Positions 1 through 15,118 of a stretch of DNA of 64,000 bases are shown in pieces. The notes beneath the pieces were generated by a model. It saw only the letters and a list, made by a program, of their open reading frames with translations, was not told the origin of the DNA and ran no database searches. This DNA comes from the human T2T-CHM13v2.0 reference genome, Homo sapiens, in assembly GCF_009914755.1 (NCBI RefSeq), contig NC_060931.1; one strand, written 5' to 3'. The first letter of the stretch is position 1; every line of letters begins with the position of its first letter. The position numbers and the translations under genes were made by a program.

Positions 1-1660
<1,660 letters not shown>

Positions 1661-1691
1661 GAGAATTGATTTTTTAAAAATTAGTTTTCCA

Positions 1692-4523
1692 GAGGGGAGG
1701 AGGCAAAGCAAGATAGCGGAATAGAAGGCTCCACTGATAGTCTGCCCTGCCACCACAAGGACACCAGGTTAACAACTATCTACACAGAAAAAATACCTTC
1801 ATACGAACCAAAAATCCGGTGAGCCCTCATAGTACCTGGTTTTAACTTCATATGGCTGAAACAAGCACTGAAGAGATAGAAAAAAAACAGTCCTAAATCA
1901 AGTATGCCACCCCTCCTGCACCCTTCAGCAATCATGGCGTGGTGCAGAGAGCGTCTCTAGGTGCTGGGGAAGGAAGAATACAGCAATTGTGAGGCATTGA
2001 ACTCAGTGCTGTCTTGTTAGAGCAGAAAGGAAAACCAGACCAAACTCAGCTGACACCCACCCACAGAGGGAGCATTTAAACCAGGCCTAGCCAGAGGAGA
2101 ATCACTGATTCCAACAGTTAGAACTTGAGTGCCTGCAAACTTCACCACCGAGGGCTATAACACTCTGTATCTCCAAGTAAACTTGAAAGGCAGTCTGGGC
2201 CATAAAGACTGAAACTCTTAGGTGAGTCCTGGTGCTGAACTAGGCCCAGAGACAGTGAACTGGGACTGCATGTGGCGTACAGAAACACTAGCTGGGGCAG
2301 CTAAGGGAGTGCTGGCTTCAACCCTCCCATAAACCCAGGCTGCACAACTTATGGCTCGGAAAGACCTCTCTTTCTTCCAGTTGAAGGTAGGAAAAGGGAG
2401 AGTGGGAAAGACTTTGTGATGCACCTAGGATACCAGCTCAGCTACAACAAAACAGGGCAACAGTCAGAGTCACGAGGTCCCCACTGCAGGCCCTAGCTTC
2501 CAGATGACATTTCTACACACACCCTGGGCCAGAAGGGAACCTGCTGCCTTGAAAGAAAGGACCCAGTCCTGGCAGCATTTATCGCCTGCTAACTGAAGAG
2601 CCCTTGGGCCCTGAATAACCAGCAGCAATACCCAAGTACTACACCAAGGGCCTTGGGTGAGCCTTTGAGGCTTGCTGGCTTCAGGTGAGACTCGGGATAT
2701 TACTAGCTGCGGTGGCTCTGGGGCAAAACTTCTGCTTGAGAAAAGCAGAGGAAAAAGTAAAGGGAACTTTGTTTTGCACCTTAGGTACCAGCATGGCCAC
2801 AGAAGGATAAAGAACCAGTCAGGCTCTCGGGGTCCCCAATTCTAGGACTTGACTCTTGGACAGCATTTCTGGACCTGCCCTGGGCCAGAGGAGCACCCAC
2901 TGCCCTAACATGGGAGTCCCAGGACAGGTAGCATTTATGACAAGCTGACTTAAGAGATCTTGGGCTTTAAGGGAACTTTGGTGGTAGTCTGGCAGTACTC
3001 CTTGTGGCCTGGGTGGTGGTGGCTATGGGGTGAGGCTCCTCTGCCTTTGGAAAGGGGAGGCAAGAGTGGGAAGGACTGCATCTAGTGGTTAGAGTGCCAG
3101 TTCAGCTGCAATACAAGAGAGCACCAGGTAGACATCTAAGGGTTTTTACTCTAGTCCCTGACTCCCAGATGGCATTCTGGACCCACTTCTGGGGCTTAGG
3201 GGAGCTTGCTGCCCTGAAGGGAAGGGCATAGGCCTGATTGGCTTTGGCATTTACTGATTGTAGAGTCCCAAGGCCTTGAGGTAATGTAGGCAGTAGCCAG
3301 GGAGTGGTTACAGCAGACCTTGGGTGAGACCCAGTAAGCACTGGGCTGGCTTCAGGTCTAACCCAGAACAGTCATAGTGGTGGTGGCCAAAGGGGTGCTT
3401 GTGCCACTCCGCCCCCAGCTTTAGGTGGCACAGAACAGAGAGAGAGAAATTCTGTACATTTGGGAGAAAGTAAGAAAAGAGAATAAGAATTTCTGCCTGG
3501 TAATCTAGAGAATTCTCCTGGATCTTGTCCAAGACCATCAAGGTGGTACTTGTACAAGTCTGCAAGAACCATGATGTTACTGGGTTTGAGATGCCCCTCT
3601 AAAGTAGATACAGTTTGGATCACAAGACTCAAGTCCTTTCAGGCATCTGGAAAGCCTTCCCAAAAAGGACAGCTACAAGCAAACCCAGACATTGAAGACG
3701 ACAATAAATGCCTAACTCTTCAATGCCCAGACAATGAAGAACATCCACTAGCATCAACACCATCCAGGAAAACATGACCTCACCAAACAAACTAAATAAG
3801 GCACCCAGGGCCAATTCTGGAGAAACAGAGATACGTAAACTTTCAAACACAGAAATCAAGATAGCTGTGTTGAGAAAACTCAAAGAAATTCAAGATAACA
3901 CAGAGAAAGAATTCAGAATTCTATCAGATAAATTTAACAAAGAGATTGAAATAACTAAAAAGAATCAAGCAGAAATTCTGGAGCTGAGAAATGCAATTGA
4001 CATACTGAAGAATGCATCAGGGTCTTTTAATAGCAGAATTGAGCAAGCAGAATAAAGAGCTAATAAACTTGAAGTCAGGTTATCTTGAAAAAACAAGACC
4101 CACTCATCTGTTGCCTACAAGAAACACACTTCACCTATAAAGACACACATAGACTGAAAATAAGGGGATGGAAAAAGATATTCTATGCCAATGGAAGCCA
4201 AAAAAAGAGAAGAATTCACTATACTTATATCAGACAAAATAGATTTTAAGACAAAAACTATAAGAAGGGACAAAGAAGGACACTATATAATAACGGAGGG
4301 CTCGATTCAGCAAGAGGATGTAACAATTTTAAATATGTATGCACCCAACACTGGAGCACCCAGATATATAAAGCAAATATTATTAGAGCTAAAGAGAGAG
4401 ATATGCCCCAGTGTAGTAATAGCCGGAGACTTCAACACCCTACTTTTAGCATTGGACAGATCTTCCAGACAGAAATCAACAAAAAAAAATCAGACTTAAT
4501 CTGCACTATAGACCAAATGAACC
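1692..4523 (+). mobile_element. Older L1 (L1PB/L1MA-type): 5'UTR, ORF1 N-part, internal deletion near 4085, ORF2 endonuclease fragment
   Basis: 5' start gcaagatagcggaatagaaggctcc. ORF1-like coiled-coil peptide at 3774-4055 (LRKLKEIQDNTEKEFRILSDKFNKEIE). ORF2 EN peptide at 4185-4499 (ISDKIDFKTK...YAPNTGAPRYIKQ...GDFNT). Confidence 0.9.
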
Positions 4524-7500
4524 TATTTACCCAGTAGTCATTTAGGAGGAGATTGTTCAGTTTCCATGTAGTAGTGTGGTTTTGAGTGAGTTTCTTAATC
4601 CTGAGTTCTAATTTGATTGTCCTGTGGTCTGAGAGACTGTTTGTTATGATTTCTATTCTTTTGCATTTGCTGAGGAGTGTTTTACTTCCAATTATGTGGT
4701 CAATTTTAGAATAAGTGCAATGTGGTGCTGAGAAGAATATATATTCTGTTGATTTGGGGTAGACAGTTCTGTAGATGTCTATTTGGTCCAGAGCTGAGTT
4801 CAAGTCCTGAATATCCTTGTTAATTTTCTGTCTTGTTGATCTGTTTAATATCCACAGTAGGGTGTTAAAGTCTCCCACTATTATTGTGTGGGTGTCTAAG
4901 TCTCTTTGTAGGTGTCTGAGAACTTGCTTTATGAATCTGGGTGCTCCTGTATTGGTGTATGTATATTTAGGATAGTTAGCTCTTCTTGTTGCATTGATCT
5001 TTTTACCATTATGTAATGCCCATCTTTGGTTCTTTTGACCTTTGTTGGTTTACAGTCTGTTTTATCAGAGACTAGGATTGCAATCCCTGCTTCTTTTTTG
5101 CTTTCCTTTTTTCTGGGTAGCTTCCTCCATCCCTTTATTTTGAGCCTATGTGTGTCTTTGCAAGTGAGATGGGTCTCCTGAATACAGCATACCACTGGGT
5201 CTTGACTCTATCCAATTTGTCAGTCTGTGTCTTTTAATTGAGGTATTTAGCTCATTTACATTTAAGGTTAATATTGTTATGTATGAATTTGATCAAGTCA
5301 TTATGATGTTAGCTGGTTATTTTGCCTGCTAGTTGATGCAGTTTCTTCATAGTGTTGGTGGTCTTTACAATTTGGTATGTTTTTGCAGTGGCTGGTACTG
5401 GTTGTTCCTTTCTATGTTTAGTGCTTCCTTCTGAAGCTCTTATAAGGCAGGCCTGGTGCTGACAAAATCTCTCAGCATTTGCTTCTCTGTAAAGGATTTT
5501 ACTTCTCCTTGATGTATGAAGCTTAGTTTGGCTGCATATGAAATTCTGGGCTGAAAATTCTTTTCTTTAAGAATGTTGAATATTGGCCCTCACTCTCTTC
5601 TGGCTTGTAGAGTTTCTGCCAAGAGATCCACTGTTAGTCTGATGGGTTTCCCTTTGTAGGTAACCTGACATTTCTCTCTGTCTGCCCTTAACATTTTTTC
5701 CTTCATTTCAACCTTGGTGAATCTGACAATTCTGTGTCTTGGGGTTGCTCTTCTCAAAGAGTATCTTTGTGGTGTTCTCTGTATTTCCTGAATTTGAATG
5801 TTGGCCTGTCTTGCTACGTTAGAGAAGTTCTCCTGGATAATATCCTGAAGAGTGTTTTCCAACTTGGTTCCATTCTTTGTGTCACTCTCAGGTAAACCAA
5901 TCAAACGTAGATTTGGTCTTTTCACATAGTCCCATATTTCTTGGATGCTTTGTCTATTCCTTTTCATTCATTTTTCTCTAATCTTGTCTTCTGCCTTTAT
6001 CTCATTGAGTTGATCTTCAATCTCTGATATCCTTTCTTCCACTTGATCGATTCAGCTACTGATACTTGTGTATGCTTCACGAAGTTCTCGTGCTGTGTTT
6101 TTCAGCTCCATCAGGTCATTTATGTTCTTCTCAAACTGATTATTCTAGTTAGCAATTCATCTAGCCTTTTTTCAAGGTTCTTAGCTTCCTTGCATTGTGT
6201 TGGAACATGATCCTTTATCTCAGAGGAGTTTGTTACTACCCACCTTCTGAAGCCTACTTCTCTCAATTCATCAAACTCATTCTCCATTGAGTTTTGTTCC
6301 CTTGCTGGTGAGGAGTTGTGATCCTTTGGAGGAGAACAGGCCTTCTGGTTTTTGGAATTTTCAGCCTTTTTGTGCTAGTTTCTCCCCATCTTCGTGGATT
6401 TATTTACCTTTGGTCTTTGATGTTGGGACCTTCGGATGAGGTCTCTGAGTGGACATCCTTTTGTTGATGTTGATTCTATTTTTTTCGGTCTGTTAGTTTT
6501 CCTTCTAACAATCAGGCCTCTCTGCTGCAGGTCTGCTGGAGTTTGCTGCAGGACCCTCTTTGCCTGGGTATCACCAGCGGAGGCTGCAGAACAGCAAAGA
6601 TTGCTGCCTGTTCCTTCCTCTGGAAGCTTTGTCACAGAAAGGCACCTGCCAGATGCCAGCCAGAGCTCTTTTGTATGAGGTATCTGTTGGCCCCTACTGG
6701 GAGGTGTCTCCCAATCAGGAGACATAGAGGTCAGGGACCCACTTGAGAAGGCAGTCTGATCCTTAGCAGAGCGTGAAGTTCAAGGCTGTGCTGGGAGGTC
6801 CGCTGCTCTCTTCAGAGCCATCAAGCAGGGATGTTTAAGTCTGCTGATGCTGCGCCCACAGCCACCCCTCCTTCCAGGTGCTCTATCTCAGGGAGACGGG
6901 GTTTTTTATCTATAAGCCCCTGGCTGGGGCTGCTGCTTTTTTTTTTTTTTTCCCAGAGATGCCCTGCCCAGAAAGGAGGCAGTCTGTCCACAGTGGCCTT
7001 ACTGAGCTGTGATGGGCTCCACCCGGTTCAATCTTCAGAGCGGCTTTGTTTACACTGTGAGCGTAAAACCGCCTACTCAAGCCTCAGCAATGGCGGATGA
7101 ACCTCCCGCGACCAAGCTTGAGCGTCCCAGGTAGAGCTCAGACTGCTGTGCTGGCAGCGAGAATTTCAAGCCAGTGGATCTTAGCTTGCTGGGCTCTGTG
7201 GGGGTGAGACCCACTGAGCCAGACCACTTGACACCCTGGCTTCAGCTCCCTTTCCAGGGGAGTGAAAAGTTCTGTCTCACTGGTGTTCCAGGTTCCACTG
7301 AGTTATGGGAAAAAAAAAAAAAATTCCTGCAGCGAGTTTGGTGTCTGCCCAAATGGCTGCCCAGTTTTGTGCTTGAAACCCAGGGCCTTGGTGGCATAGG
7401 AACTGGAGGGAATCTCCCAATCTGTGGGTTGTGAAGACCGTGGGAAAAGTGCAGTATCTGGGCCAGAGTGCACCATTTGTCACAGTGCAGTCCCTAATGG

Positions 7501-7727
7501 CTTCCTTTGGCTAGGAGAGGGAGTTCCCCAACACCTTGCACTTCCCGGGTGAGGCGACTCCCCACCCTGCTTTGGCTCGCCTTCTGTGGGCTGCACCCAC
7601 TGTCCAACCAGTCCCTATGAGATGAACCGGGTACCTCTGTTTGAAATGCAGAAATCGCCCATCTTCTGCATAGATCTCACTGGGAGCTGCAGACTGGAGC
7701 TCTTCCTATTTGGCCATCTTGCCAGCC
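4524..7727 (-). mobile_element. L1PA7/8-like element, 5'UTR-ORF1-ORF2 EN, 3'-truncated
   Basis: Reverse strand starts ggctggcaagatggccaaatagg. ORF1 peptides at 5590-5967 (IQEIWDYVKRPNLRLIG). ORF2 EN peptides at 4929-5195 and 4432-4878 (SDH motif, WKLNNLLLNDYWVN). No poly-A. Confidence 0.93.
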
Positions 7728-7734
7728 GGAGCTC

Positions 7735-9322
7735 GGATTTTTTATTTTTCTTCCTTTCCCTATATATTTTTTTTCTGTTTCTTTCCCCTTCCCTTTCCTC
7801 CTCTCCCTAGAGGATGTGACTGAGGATAATGCTGGGTAGGGTCTTTTGACTTTGCTTCCATAACCCTATGCACTTCTGTCCGCAGGTTTTATATTGGGCT
7901 GGGTACTTTGACCTACAAGCCAGTAGATGGGGGCTTATGGGTAATAGCAGGTTGCAGCCAATGGGGCTGGGTATATACTCGATCCTCCTTTACTGGAAAA
8001 ACACTGGGTAGGGCTGGACCTGGCAAGTCCATCTACAGGTCCCCCAATGATAGGCACAAGCACCAGCTCTGAGGGAGAGTCCAGTGGGCAGCCACCAAGT
8101 GTCCAGAGGCGTGCCTCGGCATGGAGGTAGGAAACCTCCTTGGCCCCAAGTTCTCTGCATAGGAGTGTCAGAGGCAGCCTGATCTCTTAATCCAGGAGAG
8201 TGGCTGCTCCAGATGCCTGGAGATCTGCCTGGTTGTGGAGTGGAGAGGGTCTCCTTGCACCACTATCGCTGCGCAGGAAGGATGGGGTGGCTCAAGCTAC
8301 TTACTGCTCCAGGCAAGCAGGTGTTCCAAATACCTGGAAATCTGTGGAGCAGAGAGGGTCCCACTGCACCGCAATCTCTGCACCAGAAGAATGGAGCAGC
8401 TCAGACTGCTGATTCACGCTAATGGGCACTCTGAATCCCTGGATATCTGCCTGGGCAAGAAGTGGAGATGGCCCCCTTGCACAAGGATCTCTGCACAGGA
8501 AGGAAGGGGCAACCCAGGCTGCTAGCCCATGAGAGCGGGTGCTTTAAATGCTTGGAGATCTGCTTATATGTAGAATGGAGAAGGCCCTGCTACACCACAG
8601 TCTCAGGAAAGTAGGCTGGGACACCCAGCAATAACACACACAGACCAGTTCTAGTTCATCAGGCTGGCCCTGGCTGAAAGTCTCACTGCCCAGGAGAAAC
8701 CACAGCCATAGCAGCTCTCCTCTTGCCCAAGGCCTGTGACTGGGGAAAGCACAATTCCCGTGCCTACTGTTGAGGTATTTTCCATGGTTCTGGCTGTGGA
8801 GGACCCTACCCTGATCCAGAGCAGGTGCTCCATTCTCTACCCCAATACTAAAATGCCTGCATGGCCACACTGCTGGGTTGCCAAAGAATGGCTGACTTTA
8901 GATGCACCCAAATTAAAAATGGTATCCTGTTCTCTGTCCTGGGACTGGGAAAATGCCTGTAGCTTTATCCAGTGTCTGTCCCTATCAGCATCTCCAAGCC
9001 TCTCCTGAAGTTAGCTCCAGGATTTGGGAGAAACAAAGTGCTGTCTCTCAGCCTGGATTGCTCTGATCCTCAGTGGAAACGTGAGTCACAGAGGGAAGCT
9101 TCTACCTCTCATGTGCTGGGACTTCATTCACTTTTCTCAGCTGGACAGCATTATGGTGGCTGTTTGCCAGCATTCTCCTTCTCAGGATCTGGAGTGTTCT
9201 TCACAATTCCAGTGGATCTCCATTTTCCTTCTTGAATTAAAGCTCACAGTATTTATCTTTATGCACTGCCTTGCTATTTCCAAGTGGCTGTGGCATGCTA
9301 AAAGCTTCTAATTGTCATCTTG
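7735..9322 (-). mobile_element. Older L1 5'UTR-like segment
   Basis: Reverse strand begins caagatgacaattagaagc, an L1 5'-end-like motif. GC-richer, with internal repeats (cctggagatctgcct-like units) typical of old L1 5'UTRs. Confidence 0.6.
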
Positions 9323-10130
9323 AAAAAAAAATCTATGAACAATGTTTGATATGAGTTGGCCAATACTCAACTGAAAATAAAAAAATTTATATGCAAGGAT
9401 AGTCTCTGAGGTTGAGCATTTTTGTTCAGTGATGAAGCATTTGAATTATCAACATGGTTAATGCTATGGAAATCTATGGAACCAATTCGTTTAAGAAATG
9501 GATTCGTATCTTAATAAAGAACATCTTTTTTATTGTTTAATTGCTGAAACAAGATGTCAGCCTATTACCCTAATTAACCAGTTCAATCACAGCCATTCAC
9601 ATCATCTAGTACCAAGTGGTATTTTTCAGAGAAATGAACATGAGGAGGGAAACTCCTTGACTGGAAAAAAAATTGATACATATAATCATTACAGAGCTGT
9701 ATATTTATATAAGACCAACTGTGAGATGAATGAAGAAATCTCTGAGATTCACTGTTGAGTAGCTTAAAATTTCCAAGTCCTCTGCTAGACTTGAAAACTA
9801 TTTAGTGTTGAACAAAAATAAGATACTATATCTCACAATTCCTATATGAATGCTTCCATTCCTACTTTATTTCTGCTTTCATTTTCACGGCTCATCTACA
9901 GTCTCTCTTCCAGCCTCCCATTTGTATTTTACAACATGCATAATTACAGATTTATTCTTTAATTATCTCATTTTCATACGATTTTTATATCTCTTGAAAG
10001 ATTTCTTGGAAACTTCTGTCTTTTTTATTTTCCAGAGAGGCAGAGTATTTTTAGGCAATAATATTTTACCTTATCATGCCTTTCAACTATTACAAGAAAA
10101 AGGGAAAGTAGTAAAATAAATAAACAAATA

Positions 10131-10679
10131 CAGACAGTCACCAACTTACAATGGTTTCACTTAAGATTTTCAACTGTATGATGGTGGGAAAGTGATACGT
10201 ATTGAGTAGGAACCATATTTCAAGTACTCATGCTACCATTATATTTTTCATTTTCAGTACAGTACTCAATAAATTACATGAAATATTCAACAGTTTACTA
10301 TAATATAGGCTTTGTGTAAGATTATTTTGCCCAACTGTAGGCTAATGTTAGTGTTCTAAGCACGGTTAAGGTGGGCTAGGCTAAGCTATGAAGTTGGGTA
10401 GGTTAGGTTTATTAAACATATCTTCAAGCCAGGTATAGTGGTTTGTGCCTATAGTCCCAGCTGCTCAGGAAGCTGAGGCAGGAGGATTGTTTGAGCTCAA
10501 GGAGTTTGAGACTATAGTGCACTATGAGCACACGTGAGAATAGCCACTGCACTCCAGCCTGGGCAACATGGCAAGAGTCTACATTTTGTTTAAAAAAAAC
10601 AGCATCTTCAACTTAGAATAGTATCAACTTATGATGGGTTTATTGAAACATGATCTTATCATAAGTTGAAGAGTATCTT
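10131..10679 (-). mobile_element. MER47A-like Tigger MITE, interrupted by a FAM
   Basis: Terminal cagacagtcaccaacttacaatggt and aacttatgatgggttt...ataagttgaagagtatc, flanked by TA dinucleotides. Confidence 0.8.
10428..10600 (+). mobile_element. FAM (fossil Alu monomer)
   Basis: Monomer with the FAM-type tagtgcactatga...gtgagaatagccactgcactcc segment. TSD-like aaacatatcttcaa (10414-10427) / aaacagcatcttcaa (10597-10611). Confidence 0.8.
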
Positions 10680-11019
10680 TATATAGTAGAATATAATAAC
10701 ATACTACAGACTTATTTTCTCAAAGCATAAAGATAAACCACACTAATGATCATCCATGGGAGAGGGACACCTAGACAATGTCCTGCAAAATGAGAAATAC
10801 TTGTAAGACATACTTTACATTCCAGACTGAGTCTCTTTCACCATGAAATAAAATCATTAAGAAATTTTTAGTAATATTTTAATTAAAATTTTAAGTATAG
10901 AAAGAAGGTTGTATAGCTTTACATTAAAAATAAATTAGTACGTGACTTGGCTACTTGACACCAAAGTAGCTGGTGCCAGATTCACGCTTCCATCATAATT
11001 TGATTATGAGCATCATAAT

Positions 11020-14000
11020 TGGAAGTTGACTTGGGACGCTGGAGCTTGGTGCGGGGAGGGGCATCTGCCATTACTGAGGCTTGAATAGGTGGTAAACAAA
11101 GCTGCTGGGAAGTTCAAACAGGGTAGAGCCCACTGCAGCTAGCAGCTCAGCAAAGCCACTGTAGCCAGACTGCCTCCCTGGATTCCTCCTCCCCGGGCAG
11201 GGCATCTCTGAAACAAAGGCAGCAGCCCAGTCAGGGGATTATAAATAAAACTCCCACCTCCCTGGGACAGAGCAGCTGGGGGAAAGGGTGGCTGTGGGCA
11301 CAGCTTCAGCAGACTTAAACGTCCCTGCCTGCCAGCTCTGAATAGAGTAGTGGATCTCCCAGCACAGTGCTTAAGCTCTGCTAAGGGACAGACTGTGTCC
11401 TCAAGTGGGTCCCTGAACCCAGTGCATCCTGACTAGGAGACACCTCCCATTAGGGGTTGACAGACACCTCCTACAGGAGAGCTCAGGCTGACATCTGATA
11501 GGTGCCCCTCTAGGATGAAGCTTCTAGAGGAAGGAACAGGCAGCAATCTTTGTTGTTCTTCAGCCCTCGCTGGTGATACCCAGACAAACAAGGTCTGGAG
11601 TGGACCTCCAGCAAACTCCAGCAGACCTGCAGCAGAGGGGCCTGACTGTTAGAAGAAAAACTAACAAACAGAAAGGAATAGCATCAATTTCAACAAAAAG
11701 GACATCCACACTGAAACCCCATCTTCATGGGGTTTCATCTTCGATGTTGTAGGTCACCAACATCGAAGACCAAAGGTAGATAAATCCACAAAAATGAGGA
11801 AAAAGCAGTGCAAAATTGCCGAAAATGCCAAAAACCGGAAAGCCTCTTCTCCTCCAAAGGATCACAACTCCTCGCCAGCAAGGGAACAAAACTGCATGGA
11901 GAATGAGTGATGAATTGGCAGAAGTAGGCTTCAGAAGGTAGGTAAAACAAACCTCTCTGAGCTAAAGGTGCATGTTATAACCCAATGCAAGGAAGCTAAG
12001 AACCTTGAAAACACATTACAGGAATTGCCAACTAGAATAACCAGTTTAGAGAAGAACATAAATGACCTGATGGAGCTGAAAAACACAACACGATGACTTT
12101 GTGAAGCATACACAAGTATCAATAGCTGAATCAATCAAATGGAAGAAAGGATATCAGAGATTGAAGATCAACTTAATGAAATAAAGCATGAAGACAAGAT
12201 TAGAGAAAAAAGAATGAAAAGGAATGAACAAAGCCTCCAAGAAATATGGGACTACATGAAAAGACCAAACCTACGTTTGATTGGTATACCTGAAAGTGAC
12301 CAGGAGAATGGAACCAAGTTGGAAAACACACTTCAGGATATTATCCAGGAGAACTTCCCCAACCTAGCAAGACAGACCAACATTCAAATTCAGGAAATAC
12401 AGAGAACACCACAAAGATACTCCTTGAGAAGAAAAACCCCAAGACAAATAATCATCAGATTCACCAAGGCTGAAATGAAGGAAAAACTGTTCAGGACAGC
12501 CAGAGAGAAAGGTCAGGTTATTCACAAAGGGAAACCCATCAGACTAACAGCAGACTTGGCAGGACCCTACAAGCAAGAAGAGAGTGGGGACCAATATTCC
12601 ACATTCTTTTCTTTTTTTTTTCTTTTTTATTTTCTAGACCACTGAGAAAATCTTTGTTTACACTAAATTTCAACAAAATTTACATAAATACATTCCAAAT
12701 GTACAATTTTCACCTCTGATTTTTTCACGTCATTTAAAAGGTTAGTCTGTCCTGTTCCTGTTTTTCCTTTCAGACACCAGTGTGGCACTGACGTTGGCAG
12801 GTGGAGGGGAGCTCCCAGGGAGCTGGGGGGTGCCTGAGGGCTCAGGCTGCTTGGGGCAGACTTCTGTCTGGGCCGCCAGCTTTTCAGCTGCATCCCTGCC
12901 CTCACATTCTTAAAGAAAAGAATTTTCAACCCAAAATTTCATATCCAGCCAAACTAAACTTCATAAGTGAAAGAGAAGTAAAATCCTTCACAGACAAGCA
13001 AATGCTCAGTGATTTTGTCACCACCAGGCCGGTGTTACAAAAGCTCCTGAAGGAAGCACTAAATGTGGAAAGGAACAACTGGTACCAGCCACTGCAAAAA
13101 TGTACCAAATTGTAAAGACCATCAACACTATGAAGAAACTGCATCAACTAATAGGCAAAGTAACCAACTAACATCATAATGACACGATCAAATTCACACA
13201 TAACAATATTAACCTTAAATGTAAACAAGCTAAATGTCCCAATTAAAAGACAGACTGGCAAATTGGATAAAGAGTCCAGACCCATCAGTGTGCTGTATTC
13301 AGGAGACCCATCTCATGTGCAAAGACACACACAGGCTCAAAATGAAGGGATGGGAGAAGATTTACCAAGAAAATAGAAAGCAAAAAAAAAAAAAAAAAAA
13401 AAAAAAAATCAGGGGTTGCAATTCTAGTCTCTGATAGAACAGACTGTAAACCAACAAAGATCAAAAAAGACAAATAAGGCATTACAAAATGGTAGAAGGA
13501 TCAATGCAACAAGAAGAGCTATCTATGCTAGATATACATGCATCCAATACAGGAGCACCCAGATTCATAAAGCAAGTTCTTAGAGACCTACAAAGAGACT
13601 TAGACTCCCACACAATAATAGTGGGAGACTTTAACACCCTACTGTTGATGCTAAACAGATCAACAAGACAGAAAATTAACAATGATATTCTGGACTTGAA
13701 CTCAGCTCTGGACCAAGTGGACCTAATAGACATCTACAGAACTCTGCATGCCAAATCAGCAGAATATACATTCTTCTCAGCACCACATCACACTTATTCT
13801 AAAATTGACCATATAATTGGAAGTAAAACACTCCTCAGCAAATGCAAAAGAAGGGAAATCATAACAAACAGTCTCTCAGACCACAGTGCAATCAAATTAG
13901 AACTCAGGATTAAGAAACTGACTCAAAACTGCACAACTGTATGGAAACTGAACAACATCCTCCTGAATGACTACTGAGTAAATAATAAAATTAAAACAGA

Positions 14001-15118
14001 AATAAATAAGTTCTTTGAAACCAATGAGAACAAAGACACAACGTACCAGAATCTCTGGGACACAGCTAAAGCAGTGTTTCGAGGGAAATTTATAGCAATA
14101 AAAGCCCACAGGAGAAAGTGGGAAAGATCTAAAACTGACACCCTAACATCACAATTCAAAGAACTAGAGAAGCAGGAGCAAACAAATTCAAAAGCTAGCA
14201 GAAGACAAGAAATAACTAAGATCAGAGCAGAACTGAAGGAGATAGAGATACGAAAAACCCTTTTAAAAAAATGAATCCAGGAGCTGTTTTTTTGCTTGTT
14301 TGTTTTTTGAAAAGATGAACAAAATAGACTGCTAGCTGGACTAATAAAGAAGAAAAGAGAGAAGAATCAAATAGACACAATAAAAATGATAAAGGGGATA
14401 TCACTACTGATGCCACACAAATGCAAACTACCATCAGAGAATAGTATAAACACCTCTACGCAAATAAACTAGAAAATCTAGAAGAAATGGATACATTATC
14501 GGACACATACACCCTGCCAAGACTAAACCAGGAAGAACTCGATTCCCTGGATAGACCAATAACAAGTTCTGAAATTGAGGCAGTAATTAATAGCCTAGCA
14601 ACCAAAAAAAACCCAGGACCAGATGGATTCACAGCTGAATTCTACCAGAGGTACAAAGAGGAGCTGATACCATTCCTTCAGAAACTATTCCAATCAATAG
14701 AAAAAGAGGACTCCTCCCTAACTCATTTTATGAGGCCAGCATCATCCTGATACCAAAACCTGGCAGAGACACAACAAAAAAAGAAAATTTCAGGCCAATA
14801 TCCCTGATGAACATCGATGCAAAAATCCTCAATAAAATACTGGCAAACAGAATCCAGCAGCACATCAAAAAGCTTATCCACCACCATCAAGTTGGCTTTA
14901 TCCCTGGGATGCAAGGCAGGTTCAACATATGCAAATCAATAAACGTAATCCGTAACATAAGCACAGCCAATGACAAAACCCACACAGTTATCTCAATAGA
15001 TGCAAAAAAGGCCTTTGACAAAATTCAACAGCCTTTCATGCTAAAAACTCTCAATAAACTAGGTATTGATGGAACACATCTTAAAATAATAAGAGCTATC
15101 TGTGACAAACCCACAGCC
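11020..15118 (+). mobile_element. L1PA7/8-like element: partial 5'UTR, ORF1, ORF2 EN to start of RT; truncated at both ends
   Basis: ORF1 at 12139-13115. ORF2 peptides at 13234-15120 ([67 protein letters not shown]). Multiple stops and frameshifts. Confidence 0.95.
12609..12902 (-). pseudogene. 5'-truncated processed mRNA fragment (3' end of an unidentified gene) inserted in L1 ORF1
   Basis: Non-L1 GC-rich sequence with a poly-T (poly-A on the minus strand) and a 9-bp TSD cacattctt (12600-12608 / 12903-12911). Minus frame reads GRDAAEKLAAQTEVCPKQPEPSGTPQLPGSSPPPANVSATLVSERKNRNRTD*, followed by an AT-rich UTR. Confidence 0.8.

Noticed and set aside
11020-15118. Active L1
   Set aside because: Truncated at both ends with many stops, frameshifts and an insertion in ORF1; the other L1s in the window are also disrupted.
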